Virus record (IMG/VR): IMGVR_UViG_3300021074_000002 | Coordinates: 2,083 to 66,082 of that record | Length of the DNA: 64,000 nucleotides | Strand: one strand, 5' to 3' | Source of the DNA: a virus | Lineage: Duplodnaviria; Caudoviricetes | Shown here: piece by piece, positions 31,748 through 41,600 of the stretch | Position numbering within the stretch: the first letter of the stretch is position 1 | Layout of the letters: each line of letters begins with the position of its first letter | Position numbers and translations under genes: made by a program | The notes under the pieces: generated by a model | What the model was told of the DNA's origin: nothing | The model's input: only the letters and a program-made list of their open reading frames with translations | Databases searched by the model: none

Positions 31748-31778
31748 TAAATATACGTTTTTTTCTTATAATTATCTA
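31748..31778 (-). promoter_or_regulatory. Possible Bacteroidetes-type promoter of the HNH gene
   Basis: TAG-N20-TATATTTA, same spacing as the other promoters in the window. Confidence 0.35.
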
Positions 31779-31780
31779 AT

Positions 31781-32644
31781 TTATTTATAACTAATTTGAC
31801 TTGAAGTTATAATAAGTTGAGATACAATGTGAATCGAACTATCGTTGTCAAGAGTCCATCTTATTTTACAATCTTTCGCTCTAAGAGGACTTTTTACAAA
31901 ACTTCTGTTTCCATATTGCATATTTGCCTGGTTTAATATTCCATCGTAGGAAAGGCTCTCACAACTGGTTATGGCAATTGGAACACTTCTGTCTTTTACT
32001 GCATCTACAAAATTATTCAGTTGATAGAAATCATCGCTTTTTGTGTATATAATAACCTTGCTATTAGCTTTATAGATAGGATATGCATTGTACGCCTGCA
32101 AGTTATTTTTTGGTTTGGGAACCAATTCTAATAGTCCTGTACATTGTTGACTATTATAAATTATTAATTTATTAAAGTATTGATTATCAATGAGAACCTT
32201 GCTGGTATAAGAAAATACCCCTGTCGTATCAGGTATATATTTCCATACTTTATCATAACTTTTGATGTTCTGAAGGATCTCTGTATTGGGTAAAGTGGAG
32301 ATAGGATATTCAATGATATAAGGAGCAATGACACCATAATAAGAATTAAAAGAGTTACTAACTAAATGCCTCCACAGACAAGCTGTTCTAGTTGATACAA
32401 ATGGTGTGTTAACCATTTCTAAAGGAGATATTGTAGTAATACTCATTGTTTTTACTGTCTTACAATCTCCTGTAGAAGTTAATGTAATTAATTCAACATT
32501 ATCGTTTACCTCATAACTTATACCTTGAATAAGAGTGTGTATAGATACATCAGTAGCTATGATAATTCCCCATTCATCATTTATTGTGAAAGGACCAACT
32601 TTAGTACTTGCTTTTGTAAGCTTTATAATTATCGTCTTTGACAT
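31781..32644 (-). CDS. C-terminal part of tail muzzle/stabilisation protein, preceded by a small beta-rich domain
   Basis: LWRH...NSYYG...PYIIEYP...FNKLIIYNSQQCTGLLEL resembles the muzzle C-terminus; N-terminal about 70 aa is similar to the N-terminus of 40715-41566. Confidence 0.6.
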   Translation of the reverse strand: MSKTIIIKLTKASTKVGPFTINDEWGIIIATDVSIHTLIQGISYEVNDNVELITLTSTGDCKTVKTMSITTISPLEMVNTPFVSTRTACLWRHLVSNSFNSYYGVIAPYIIEYPISTLPNTEILQNIKSYDKVWKYIPDTTGVFSYTSKVLIDNQYFNKLIIYNSQQCTGLLELVPKPKNNLQAYNAYPIYKANSKVIIYTKSDDFYQLNNFVDAVKDRSVPIAITSCESLSYDGILNQANMQYGNRSFVKSPLRAKDCKIRWTLDNDSSIHIVSQLIITSSQISYK

Positions 32645-32655
32645 ATCATATTAAT

Positions 32656-35600
32656 TTAGATCTCATCTGCTACACCAATTATTTCACACATTGGTATAGA
32701 TGTTGTAGTACTTGTACTGGTTGATGTTGAGGTACTTGTACTGGTTGATGTTGAGGTAGATGTACTAGTTGATGTTGAGGTACTTGTTGATGTTGAGGTA
32801 CTTGTTGATGTTGAGGTACTTGTTGATGTTGAGGTACTTGTTGATGTTGAGGTACTTGTACTAGTTGATGTTGAGGTAGATGTACTAGTTGATGTTGAGG
32901 TACTTGTTGATGTTGAGGTACTTGTTGATGTTGAGGTACTTGTACTAGTTGATGTTGAGGTAGATGTACTAGTTGAAGTACTTGTAGTAGTAGTAGTAGT
33001 AGTATAACAGTATCCAAAAGAATTTGCACGACTCTGACCATTTGTAGCAATATCTATCCAAGCTAGAGCATCTGCATCTGCCTGAGAAGTAATTGATGTA
33101 TATATACATGGTGGAATGGTATAAGTATATAGACTACCAATTTCTGGTGGAATACAATCATCCTTCTGAAACTCTTTAGATGCTTCTACATTACAATATA
33201 TAGTTGTAGTTGTGGTAGTAGTACTACTTGTTGTACTAGTACTAGTAGATGTGGTAGTAGAAGTAGATGTAGACGTAGAAGTAGAAGTGGTAGTAGAAGT
33301 ACTCGTTGTTGTTGTCGTTGTTGTAGTGGTATTAGGAACAGGAATTCCTGTAATGAATTCAAATTCAAAATCATCACAACAATTATTAAGACCAGAATAG
33401 AAGAAATTATTCTCAGCTATATACCAATTAGGAATATAAGAGTGAAATGAGATCCAACTCTTAGTATTCATATTATATGAAAGTGTCCAACTCTTATTAC
33501 AGAAATATGTACCATCTGTTAATTCTACAGGAGTCTTTCTTACAAAATTTATAACATTTTCCTCCAAATAGAAAATACGTGTTATAGCATTATACTTAAT
33601 ACTACTGGCATATTCAGGATGGGGAATATAATCTAACTTAGTAATAATAACCCTGTCATATTTTGAATCGTAGACCCCATGAAGACCTACACCAGTAAAG
33701 TTGTTGTCAACATCCACTTCTGGATAATACCTTAGGATTTCAAACGCTAGGTGGTCTGTAAAGAATCTATTCATTCCTGATCCAAATCCAGCAAGATCTA
33801 CAGCTTCTCTACCAGCAATTAAAAAGATCTGACCTCTCTTAGCATCTAATGTTATCTGTCCCTGTGGAATCTTTAATAACATTTTATGTTGAGCTCCAAT
33901 ATATCCAAGGTCTGTTTCAGCAAAATCAATAGGAGGATTCTCAAATAATCTTGGATTTCCTACATATGCAGCTTGTGGATTACTAGTATCGATTGTTAAC
34001 AAGTTATCATATAATAATGTCTTGTTTTCAAATCTTGCCAGAATAGCTCTATTCTGTATTCCATCTAAAGATGTAAGTTTTCCAAAGTTTTGTGGAAAGT
34101 CATATAAAGAAGTAGCTCTGTAAGACAACCAGGCATTAACTTTCAAATCAGCGTTTCCTTCCTGATGATCAGAATAGACAGCTCTAAATGGATAATATGT
34201 ATGACAAGGTTGGTTCCAATCTACAGGAAGATGTGTAAATATATTCTCTTTATTTTGTTTGGAGAAAGTAGTATTATAGTAATATGTATTATCCTGAACA
34301 ATTGGAACAAATGTTTCTTGTACCCAATTATCAGGAATACCAGAACTTACATGTGGCCAGAATTCACCTTCTCTATTATTGAATGCCTGACGAAGATCAA
34401 GATTATAAGAACTCTCACAATAGAAACTTGGAATACCATATGCAAACATATAGAAATATCCATCGTAGTACATCAATGTATTACTGTTTGTAGTTTCTCC
34501 TGATAATATTGTAGATGTAGTACTTGTTGTAGAACTTGTACTGGTAGATGTACTAGTTATAGGTTGAGCTATAAGATTATTAGGGCAATCAAAATTGTGA
34601 GCTTTGTATGAAATGATATTTGATAATAGTCCACCATTTGACATATAATCCTTTTGAATAGACCTAGCTGAGTGCCAATATTTTGGATAGGCAATATTAC
34701 CAATCTCATCATAAAATATATCACTATCATCAGCTGCATTAACTCTATTGCCAATAAAGAATGGAAGTTTAGTTTTAAATGTAAATCTTCCAATAAATGT
34801 ATCACCACCAAATACTGTACCTCCTCCTGAATTAGCTAAGAGTTTTTGAAACCCTGTATCAATAGTGTTATATGAATAGATCTGTCCCCATTGATTAACT
34901 ATCTGATTCTTGATAGAAGCATAATAGGAGATGACATTAATATCTGTATCATTTCCTGGAATACTACATTTACCTATTTCAGATATAGTAAATCTGGAAT
35001 AGTCTGTAACTATAGGAATTCCTGAGGAATTAATACTAGGACTATCACTTGGAAAAGGAGTATCCTTTACTGTTTTTAAGAATATAGAACTTTCACGATT
35101 GTAATTATTAATATCATGAATATCTCCTACATTCTGCACTCCTGGGATTAAGTATCTTGCTATATCAAGAGTTCTTTGTTTTACTCCAATATTATTTTGA
35201 ATACTTGAATTGTAATTATAATCAGCTATTGAATTAAATGAATATGCAAAGTTTCGTCTGGTAATACCATTGATATATATCTGAAGATATGCTTGATAAG
35301 TAGTAAACATAGCAGTACCATCAAATGGACTTGTTAGATTACCTATGGTATTAGAACTATCAAGAGCTTTTCTTTGAGCATCTTCTGTGATAAGTCTATA
35401 TCTAGCATTATCTTTAACCTCTGTAAAGTGAGCTCTACCAGATCCATATATAACACTTTCTAATTTAAGAATATCTCCTAGAAAAGGTTGTCCAAAGGAA
35501 GTCTCTGGAGAATTAAAAATTTGTCTAAGTTTATCAGATACTGCAGGCTGTTGAGAAGCTGTTCCACAATTAATAGAAGAATTAACTGCACTAATAAATG

Positions 35601-37842
35601 AAGAATCAAAAGTTGCTGCTCCTGCTACCCGTTGAGGATAAGTACCTCTAACAACATTAATTGTTAAATTCTTATTACATCCTATTCCAGTAGAACAAAG
35701 TTCATATGTTGTGTATCCTATAATAGGATCTTCCCATCCTACAGTAACATTTCCAAAAACACTACTATTATTAATTCTCCATATATCATAATTAGCAAGT
35801 CCTACTATACCAGTAGCTGGACTTAATATAACAGGAGCAGATGTTGAACAAATTTCAATAGTATCAATAGATGTAAGTCGTTTTACACCTTGGATGTTTG
35901 TATTACAATCCATGTATTGATAATCCAAATAGTTAGGACCACCTAAAGGATCTGTTACAAGTAGTGTAGGTTGTACATTGTATACATTGCAGAGTTGAGT
36001 ATATGCATTGTTTGTCTTTGTCAAGAAAGGATCTTCTCTAAGATCATTGTATGGATAGTTAGGATAATAATACTTCTGTTGATCTCTTTCATATTCTCCA
36101 ACATTTCTTAAAATACCTTTTGCTACAATAGATTTATTGGTTCCTCTATCCCCTCTTACAATTTTAAACTCTACAATCTGATCCTTCTGATCATCTGTTA
36201 AGGATGACATTTGGATGAGTCTGATAATTTGAGTAGCGTCAACATGTACACCAATGGGAAACATTGCATCATTTCCCATAGTCATAGTACTAGCAGATAC
36301 GAATGTTTTTGTCTCAAAAATAGGACTAACAAGTACATCAGGAAATTTATGATGTCTAATCTTTTGACCAGCAAGATCTCCCCATAATTCTATATTACAA
36401 GGATATTCTTCTGTTGATTCCCAATATGCAAATTCACCAGTTTGATAGGGTCCTTTATAACTAGCAGAATTTGTATAAGTTGGTGAATAACCTATAGTAG
36501 ATGCTGTATTATATATTTTCCAATATGGAGAATATCCTACTCCTCCACTAATATAATCAGGATTTCCAATAAAATCAGAATTTGTATCAGGAACATCAGG
36601 TAGCATTTCATTAAGACCTTTGATTCTTCCAGGAATATGAAATCCATCTGTCTGTTTTCCATTCTTAAGTAAAAAGACTATTTCAAAAGGATAGATTTCA
36701 TCTCTAAGATATCCTCTAAGATTTGTAGCATTTTCTTCATTAGCATAACTTTCTGTAGCTGGGATTCTCCATGTTTCCCATTGTAGAGTAATCTGACTTG
36801 CAATTTGTTGATAGTTGATCCTGTCGATAGAAATAAGGTCATCCCAAATAAGAATATCTTGAGCAGTAGTTACATCTCCAGCAATATCATAATATGGATA
36901 CTTTTCAAAGATATCATTGATTGCTAACTTGATAGTACTAACATCTTGTCCTGTGTAGGTAATTTGTTGTGAGATGGCATCAATATAATATGTACCAACT
37001 AGTTCTACAGAAGTAATCCCATTAATAGTTTTAAGAACAGCAAGATTAAAGTATTGAAATTGTCCTGTACCATCTAGATTAGTTACATCAATTATAATAG
37101 ACTTTCCAACAGGATAGTTAAAATTTACGGAAGTAATATGAATGTCTACAATAGGTGTAGGATTTGTAATTGAATAGTATGATGTATATGGATTACTCTG
37201 ACCATCACAATATTGTATAGCAAATTGATATGTTCCAGAGATTAGATTACCACCAGACACAATATTAGAAACTAAAAGTGAAGGAATAGAGAAATTAGGT
37301 TGAATCTTCAATTGATTACAATCTACATCATCTGTAAATTCAGGATTACAAAAAGGACTTCCTGATTTTAGTATTTTAGGAATATCATCAATGTCCAGAT
37401 ATCTTCTAGGATTAAGTGCATCTGTCCAATATATCTCTGTACCACAATTTGTAATCTTGTGAACACACTTTTGAATAGGATAGTTAATATTAAAATTGAG
37501 ACATGGTGCATTTACTAAAACATGATAGCCACAATCATTATGATCCATATATCCAATCTGACTAGCTCCTGTATAGGGATTAGTTAAAAAGAAAATATGC
37601 TTGTCTTTCTCTTGAATAAAATGTTCACCAATTAATACAAGATCTTTAGGAAATGAAAGACAAAATTCATTACCTTCTTCATTTTGATAGTTAACAGCGT
37701 TAGCATCAAAATTTTCAACAGCAGCATTTAACGCATATGTGAGACTCCCTTTCTTAATTTGATTAGGAGTTTGGTCCATGTTAAGACCAACTGTAGCATT
37801 ATTATACTCTTGTTTTATATTACCTTGTTCCTGTTCAGCCAT
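32656..37842 (-). CDS. Tail muzzle/stabilisation protein (P22 gp10-like) with DUF5977-like domain and TS repeats
   Basis: 1728 aa; GLNMD...YALNA N-terminus; YLRDEIYPFEIVF; SWTLSY...WISFHSYIP; YCNVEASKEFQKDDC...SQADADALA...GQSRAN...C (DUF5977-like). Confidence 0.8.
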   Translation of the reverse strand: MAEQEQGNIKQEYNNATVGLNMDQTPNQIKKGSLTYALNAAVENFDANAVNYQNEEGNEFCLSFPKDLVLIGEHFIQEKDKHIFFLTNPYTGASQIGYMDHNDCGYHVLVNAPCLNFNINYPIQKCVHKITNCGTEIYWTDALNPRRYLDIDDIPKILKSGSPFCNPEFTDDVDCNQLKIQPNFSIPSLLVSNIVSGGNLISGTYQFAIQYCDGQSNPYTSYYSITNPTPIVDIHITSVNFNYPVGKSIIIDVTNLDGTGQFQYFNLAVLKTINGITSVELVGTYYIDAISQQITYTGQDVSTIKLAINDIFEKYPYYDIAGDVTTAQDILIWDDLISIDRINYQQIASQITLQWETWRIPATESYANEENATNLRGYLRDEIYPFEIVFLLKNGKQTDGFHIPGRIKGLNEMLPDVPDTNSDFIGNPDYISGGVGYSPYWKIYNTASTIGYSPTYTNSASYKGPYQTGEFAYWESTEEYPCNIELWGDLAGQKIRHHKFPDVLVSPIFETKTFVSASTMTMGNDAMFPIGVHVDATQIIRLIQMSSLTDDQKDQIVEFKIVRGDRGTNKSIVAKGILRNVGEYERDQQKYYYPNYPYNDLREDPFLTKTNNAYTQLCNVYNVQPTLLVTDPLGGPNYLDYQYMDCNTNIQGVKRLTSIDTIEICSTSAPVILSPATGIVGLANYDIWRINNSSVFGNVTVGWEDPIIGYTTYELCSTGIGCNKNLTINVVRGTYPQRVAGAATFDSSFISAVNSSINCGTASQQPAVSDKLRQIFNSPETSFGQPFLGDILKLESVIYGSGRAHFTEVKDNARYRLITEDAQRKALDSSNTIGNLTSPFDGTAMFTTYQAYLQIYINGITRRNFAYSFNSIADYNYNSSIQNNIGVKQRTLDIARYLIPGVQNVGDIHDINNYNRESSIFLKTVKDTPFPSDSPSINSSGIPIVTDYSRFTISEIGKCSIPGNDTDINVISYYASIKNQIVNQWGQIYSYNTIDTGFQKLLANSGGGTVFGGDTFIGRFTFKTKLPFFIGNRVNAADDSDIFYDEIGNIAYPKYWHSARSIQKDYMSNGGLLSNIISYKAHNFDCPNNLIAQPITSTSTSTSSTTSTTSTILSGETTNSNTLMYYDGYFYMFAYGIPSFYCESSYNLDLRQAFNNREGEFWPHVSSGIPDNWVQETFVPIVQDNTYYYNTTFSKQNKENIFTHLPVDWNQPCHTYYPFRAVYSDHQEGNADLKVNAWLSYRATSLYDFPQNFGKLTSLDGIQNRAILARFENKTLLYDNLLTIDTSNPQAAYVGNPRLFENPPIDFAETDLGYIGAQHKMLLKIPQGQITLDAKRGQIFLIAGREAVDLAGFGSGMNRFFTDHLAFEILRYYPEVDVDNNFTGVGLHGVYDSKYDRVIITKLDYIPHPEYASSIKYNAITRIFYLEENVINFVRKTPVELTDGTYFCNKSWTLSYNMNTKSWISFHSYIPNWYIAENNFFYSGLNNCCDDFEFEFITGIPVPNTTTTTTTTTSTSTTTSTSTSTSTSTTTSTSTSTTSSTTTTTTTIYCNVEASKEFQKDDCIPPEIGSLYTYTIPPCIYTSITSQADADALAWIDIATNGQSRANSFGYCYTTTTTTTSTSTSTSTSTSTSTSTSTSTSTSTSTSTSTSTSTSTSTSTSTSTSTSTSTSTSTSTSTSTSTSTSTSTSTSTSTSTSTSTSTSTSTSTSTSTTTSIPMCEIIGVADEI
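32700..33004 (-). repeat. (Thr-Ser)n coding repeat with near-perfect 18-nt units
   Basis: GTTGATGTTGAGGTACTT repeated on the + strand; a further tract lies at 33203-33330. Confidence 0.9.
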
Positions 37843-37851
37843 TTGTCTTAA

Positions 37852-38817
37852 TTAATTACGTCTTCTACCATATCTGTTAGTACGATTTGGTAGTTCATAC
37901 ATATTGAAACGATTTAGATCTTGTCTGATCCTTCTTTGCTTTGCATATACATCTTGCTTCTTAATCTCAATCATGGCCATGATGAAAGCTTCATCAGAAA
38001 GTTGTTTGTAATAAACTAACTTCTGTTGTAGTTGTTGAAAGGTTTCATCATTTATTTGATTTGTAAGAGTCTCAAATACTTTGTATTTAATGAATGCTTC
38101 TACATATTCTCTAACACGATAGTTGTCTGGAATCATTTGATTACCTACCTGATCATATTCTGTTGCATAGAATACAAGATGAACTATTCCAGATCTGAAA
38201 TTTGTGACAAACTTATTATCTCTAACATCAAATGAATCACGAGCAGCACCTCCAGGAGTAAACTCATTAATAACAGGAGCTGGTTGATAAAACTGCCAAG
38301 CATTATTATAATCTACATCACAATGTTTTCTTGCAGAGAGATTTCCTGGTTTAAGTAAATACTGTCTTCTATAAGATCTTGGGATTGAGTGATTTGTCTT
38401 GTATACAGCTTGTATTATCTCTGGCATACACTCTACACAATTAGGATCTGGGCAACGATGACTATTGCAAGGTTTACCACCTATTGTTAATGGAGATACC
38501 TGAATAGTAGTAGAGAAAGTTTGTGAATAAAAAGAATTTGGTGTTTGGTAAGGTCTACCTTGTTCTTCAGTACATGCCCAAGCTTCTCTTACAGCATGAA
38601 AATTATCTGGAAGTCTAGCTTCAAAGTCTTCAATGCATAAAGCTCCTTCAGATATTACATAGGAGGATCTACCAAGTTTCCTCAAGCACTTATCTAAGTA
38701 GGTAGGAAACATAAGATCATCTACTGCTCCCGAATCGAAGTAGCTTTTTAACTCTTCTTTAACAGTTGAATAAACAATCTCTGGTGTTATAAATTCGTAG
38801 CGATAGTAGTATGACAT
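37852..38817 (-). CDS. Tail ring/tubular protein
   Basis: 321 aa; position, ARLPDNF and PDNYRVREYVEAFIKYK motifs resemble crAss-like ring proteins. Confidence 0.6.
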   Translation of the reverse strand: MSYYYRYEFITPEIVYSTVKEELKSYFDSGAVDDLMFPTYLDKCLRKLGRSSYVISEGALCIEDFEARLPDNFHAVREAWACTEEQGRPYQTPNSFYSQTFSTTIQVSPLTIGGKPCNSHRCPDPNCVECMPEIIQAVYKTNHSIPRSYRRQYLLKPGNLSARKHCDVDYNNAWQFYQPAPVINEFTPGGAARDSFDVRDNKFVTNFRSGIVHLVFYATEYDQVGNQMIPDNYRVREYVEAFIKYKVFETLTNQINDETFQQLQQKLVYYKQLSDEAFIMAMIEIKKQDVYAKQRRIRQDLNRFNMYELPNRTNRYGRRRN

Positions 38818-38820
38818 AGC

Positions 38821-39297
38821 TTAATGTTTCCATTCATTATATAGATGCTGATACTGATCATTAGTTTTTAAATAGTGCGACAAAAGTCTGGAAGTATTTC
38901 TACAAGCTTTAAAATACCAGAAATTAGCATGTTTAAATCTTGCAGTTTGTCTAAACCACATCCATCCAAAGAAAAATCCCTCTGTATGGTAGTTGAAATT
39001 GTATATAAGTTTACCTTTTGCTTTTGTTTTTTGCCAATCGACAGGAAGATTAAGCTTCTCTTTTCCATCGTGAGTAACTATTTTTTTTCTTTTCTTTTTA
39101 TTAATAGAAAACTCACCAATTCCAAAAGGAAGTTTAGCTTTGTCTCCTGTCTCTAATATGTATTCTCTAAATGATTCATTAAATGTATAAACAATATTTC
39201 TCCATTCATCATATGTAAGTCTTATGAATATATTATTCTTACAGAAATTAATGTAATTATCTCTACTTCCACTTCGCCAACCAACCTTAGTTCTCAC
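38821..39297 (-). CDS. IHF/HU-like protein
   Basis: ILETGDKAKLPFGIGEFSINKKK...VDWQKTK; conserved position in crAss-like tail modules. Confidence 0.65.
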   Translation of the reverse strand: MRTKVGWRSGSRDNYINFCKNNIFIRLTYDEWRNIVYTFNESFREYILETGDKAKLPFGIGEFSINKKKRKKIVTHDGKEKLNLPVDWQKTKAKGKLIYNFNYHTEGFFFGWMWFRQTARFKHANFWYFKACRNTSRLLSHYLKTNDQYQHLYNEWKH

Positions 39298-40023
39298 TTA
39301 TTTTAAATTTGGTGTATTGGGGGCCTGACCATCAATGTTATCCTGAGTAAGATCTGACTTAATTCTAAAATATGTGCTAAGTAATTTTTGTGAAGTAAGT
39401 TCTAGTACTTGCTTCTCTAGATATCCAGGAACAAATGATTCTCTATCTAAAGGATTTTTACACCAATCCTCATCTGAAACACTAGGAATTCCACATCCAC
39501 ATTCAGGATACCTAAGTTCACTTGGAATATCTTCCTCAAATAAAGCTGCAATTCTTACAGCTTGTATCATTGGATTAGTAATATATAGATAGTCATTACT
39601 AACCCAGAAGTATTCTTCCTTCTTGATGATAGGAAGTTTTAGAAGATTGGCATATCTATTAATAGTGATTTCTTTAACCTTCTTTCCTTGACCACTCATT
39701 GCATTTATAGAATATACACCTTGAATGACATATTGATAGTTTCCTTCAGATATACGTGGTAGTTTGTATTTGCTACGTGCTATGGAACAGGGATCTACAT
39801 AATCACAACATTCAGAAATAGAGACTTCACACATCTCTAAGCAAGGTAGAGTGGTAAACACTGTATCAGTGGCCCAGAGTTTTCTTTTATCTAACTCTCG
39901 TTTTATTAATAACATTGCATTTTGTTTACATTCTGCAAAAATTGCCCGATCTGTTATTAATGTGTCGGTGGAGATCAACTTGTGCATTGATCTTACACTA
40001 CTTACAAGTTCTCTACCTGTCAT
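39298..40023 (-). CDS. Tail ring/structural protein
   Basis: 241 aa, Cys-containing (LPCLEMCEV...RSKYKLP); syntenic with crAss ring proteins. Confidence 0.55.
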   Translation of the reverse strand: MTGRELVSSVRSMHKLISTDTLITDRAIFAECKQNAMLLIKRELDKRKLWATDTVFTTLPCLEMCEVSISECCDYVDPCSIARSKYKLPRISEGNYQYVIQGVYSINAMSGQGKKVKEITINRYANLLKLPIIKKEEYFWVSNDYLYITNPMIQAVRIAALFEEDIPSELRYPECGCGIPSVSDEDWCKNPLDRESFVPGYLEKQVLELTSQKLLSTYFRIKSDLTQDNIDGQAPNTPNLK

Positions 40024-40519
40024 TTTTTTTTGTTTTATATTTACCTCTTTTTCTACCTAAAAGAGAACTACTTATTTTATCTTTTATTTCTTGAGGATGA
40101 GTTAATCCTATATGAGATTTATTTCCTATTCCATAACTATTACCCTTCATTTTTATAGACATAGTATCGTGTTGATTACTATTCCATTTTCTACCAACTA
40201 GTCCATCTCCGCCCAAAGTCTGATTATATCCAGTATAAAAACTATCAAATATTTCTATATTATAAACTTCTCTACTATTTAACTCAACTTCTTCACATTC
40301 TTCAAGTATCTGAAATTTAAAACATTCCTTACCATATTTATTAAATGCTCTTTGTAAATGTTTATTATAATGACAATCTTCTTCTAACATTTTAAAATGA
40401 GAAACTTTTCTTTTAAATATATCTACAGCTTGTCCAATATATACTTTACCATCTATAATGTTGTAGATTTCATATATGCCACAAATAGCATTCTTTTCTC
40501 TCTCGTAAGGTTTTTTCAT
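40013..40519 (-). CDS. GIY-YIG homing endonuclease with NUMOD3-like tail
   Basis: GIYEIYNIIDGKVYIGQA...HYNKHLQRAFNKYG...GYNQTLGGDG...HPQEIKDKIS. Confidence 0.9.
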   Translation of the reverse strand: MKKPYEREKNAICGIYEIYNIIDGKVYIGQAVDIFKRKVSHFKMLEEDCHYNKHLQRAFNKYGKECFKFQILEECEEVELNSREVYNIEIFDSFYTGYNQTLGGDGLVGRKWNSNQHDTMSIKMKGNSYGIGNKSHIGLTHPQEIKDKISSSLLGRKRGKYKTKKNDR

Positions 40520-40562
40520 CTTACCAGTTTAATTAAACTAAAAATTTTAGATCAATTTGCAG

Positions 40563-40648
40563 TAAAGATATATTTTTATAAAGACTTTATCAATAGTGTA
40601 TTAATCAAATTGGTTATTTACAACAACTTATTATAATCAGATTGATTA
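40563..40648 (-). promoter_or_regulatory. Bacteroidetes-type promoter with two upstream TAATCA-N3-TGATTA-like palindromes
   Basis: TTG-N20-TATCTTTA (40563-40593); palindromes at 40602-40616 (one mismatch) and 40634-40648. Confidence 0.55.
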
Positions 40649-40711
40649 GAAAGAAGAACTCCCCCAAGCTTACACCTGGGGGAGACATCTTGGAAACCAA
40701 CAAACCAAGAC
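40649..40711 (-). terminator. Intrinsic terminator preceded by a second hairpin
   Basis: CTCCCCCA-loop-TGGGGGAG followed by TTCTTCTTT; upstream TCTTGG/CCAAGA hairpin. Confidence 0.7.
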
Positions 40712-40714
40712 GTT

Positions 40715-41566
40715 TTAAACTGGATAATCAAACGTAGAGGCTGCTGATAAGTATACTATCCCACCCCATGTAACACCACCATCTATACTAAATTCAACAA
40801 GAAAAGTATTTCCAGGTATATTTGTTACACCAAATGTAGATGTTATACCTGTATAGTTTTGTACAGTTCCTGCAGTAGAAACAGAAGGAACTAAATTTAT
40901 AAGAGTCGTTCCTGATCCTAAGGTAACATTAGAAACTCTAACTTTAATATTCTCATTACTAGCAGTACCATTCTTAACATCAAAATTATAATTAGCTCTA
41001 TCAGTTAATGGATTTCCAATAGTGAAAGAGTTAAGATATAACGCTACTTCATTAGGTAAAGCAGTCGTAGTTGTACTTGTTGTTGTACTAGTAGACGTTG
41101 ATGTACTAGTAGAGGTACTTGTACTAGTGGAAGTACTAGTACTTGTTGATGTGGAAGTACTAGTACTTGTTGATGTGGAAGTACTAGTACTTGTTGACGT
41201 AGAAGTACTTGTACTAGTGGAAGTACTTGTTGACGTAGAAGTACTTGTACTGGTTGATGTACTTGTACTCGTTGATGTAGAAGTACTGGTTGATGTACTT
41301 GTACTAGTTGATGTACTGGTACTGGTTGTAGTACTATTTATAGGTAAATCTATAAGAGTTGTACAAACTCCTATGGAAGTTATTCTAACAAACGTTGCAG
41401 TGGTAGGAATTGCAGGGTAATCTACTCCAGCTATAGCAATTAATGATGCTTTACTTTGAGCAGGAGCAAGTACTGTAAAAGTAGAAGTGTCAGTATCCCA
41501 ATATTTTACTTCAAAGGTAGGTCCTGTATCTACACCAGTAGCTGTTAATCTTACATTTATATCCAT
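40715..41566 (-). CDS. TS-repeat fibre/decoration protein (small N-domain, about 90-aa TS linker, beta-rich C-domain)
   Basis: 283 aa; TS tract at about 41065-41332. Confidence 0.7.
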   Translation of the reverse strand: MDINVRLTATGVDTGPTFEVKYWDTDTSTFTVLAPAQSKASLIAIAGVDYPAIPTTATFVRITSIGVCTTLIDLPINSTTTSTSTSTSTSTSTSTSTSTSTSTSTSTSTSTSTSTSTSTSTSTSTSTSTSTSTSTSTSTSTSTSTSTSTSTSTSTSTSTSTTTSTTTTALPNEVALYLNSFTIGNPLTDRANYNFDVKNGTASNENIKVRVSNVTLGSGTTLINLVPSVSTAGTVQNYTGITSTFGVTNIPGNTFLVEFSIDGGVTWGGIVYLSAASTFDYPV

Positions 41567-41600
41567 TTTGTTATTTTTTAATAATGTTAACTATATTAAT

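Noticed and set aside
32645-32658. Stop readthrough joining the two muzzle ORFs
   Set aside because: The ORFs are in different frames, readthrough meets another stop within about 9 codons, and no clear slippery site is present.
32700-33004. Regular repeats resembling a CRISPR array
   Set aside because: No unique spacers; the units are codon multiples inside a CDS; no cas genes are present.
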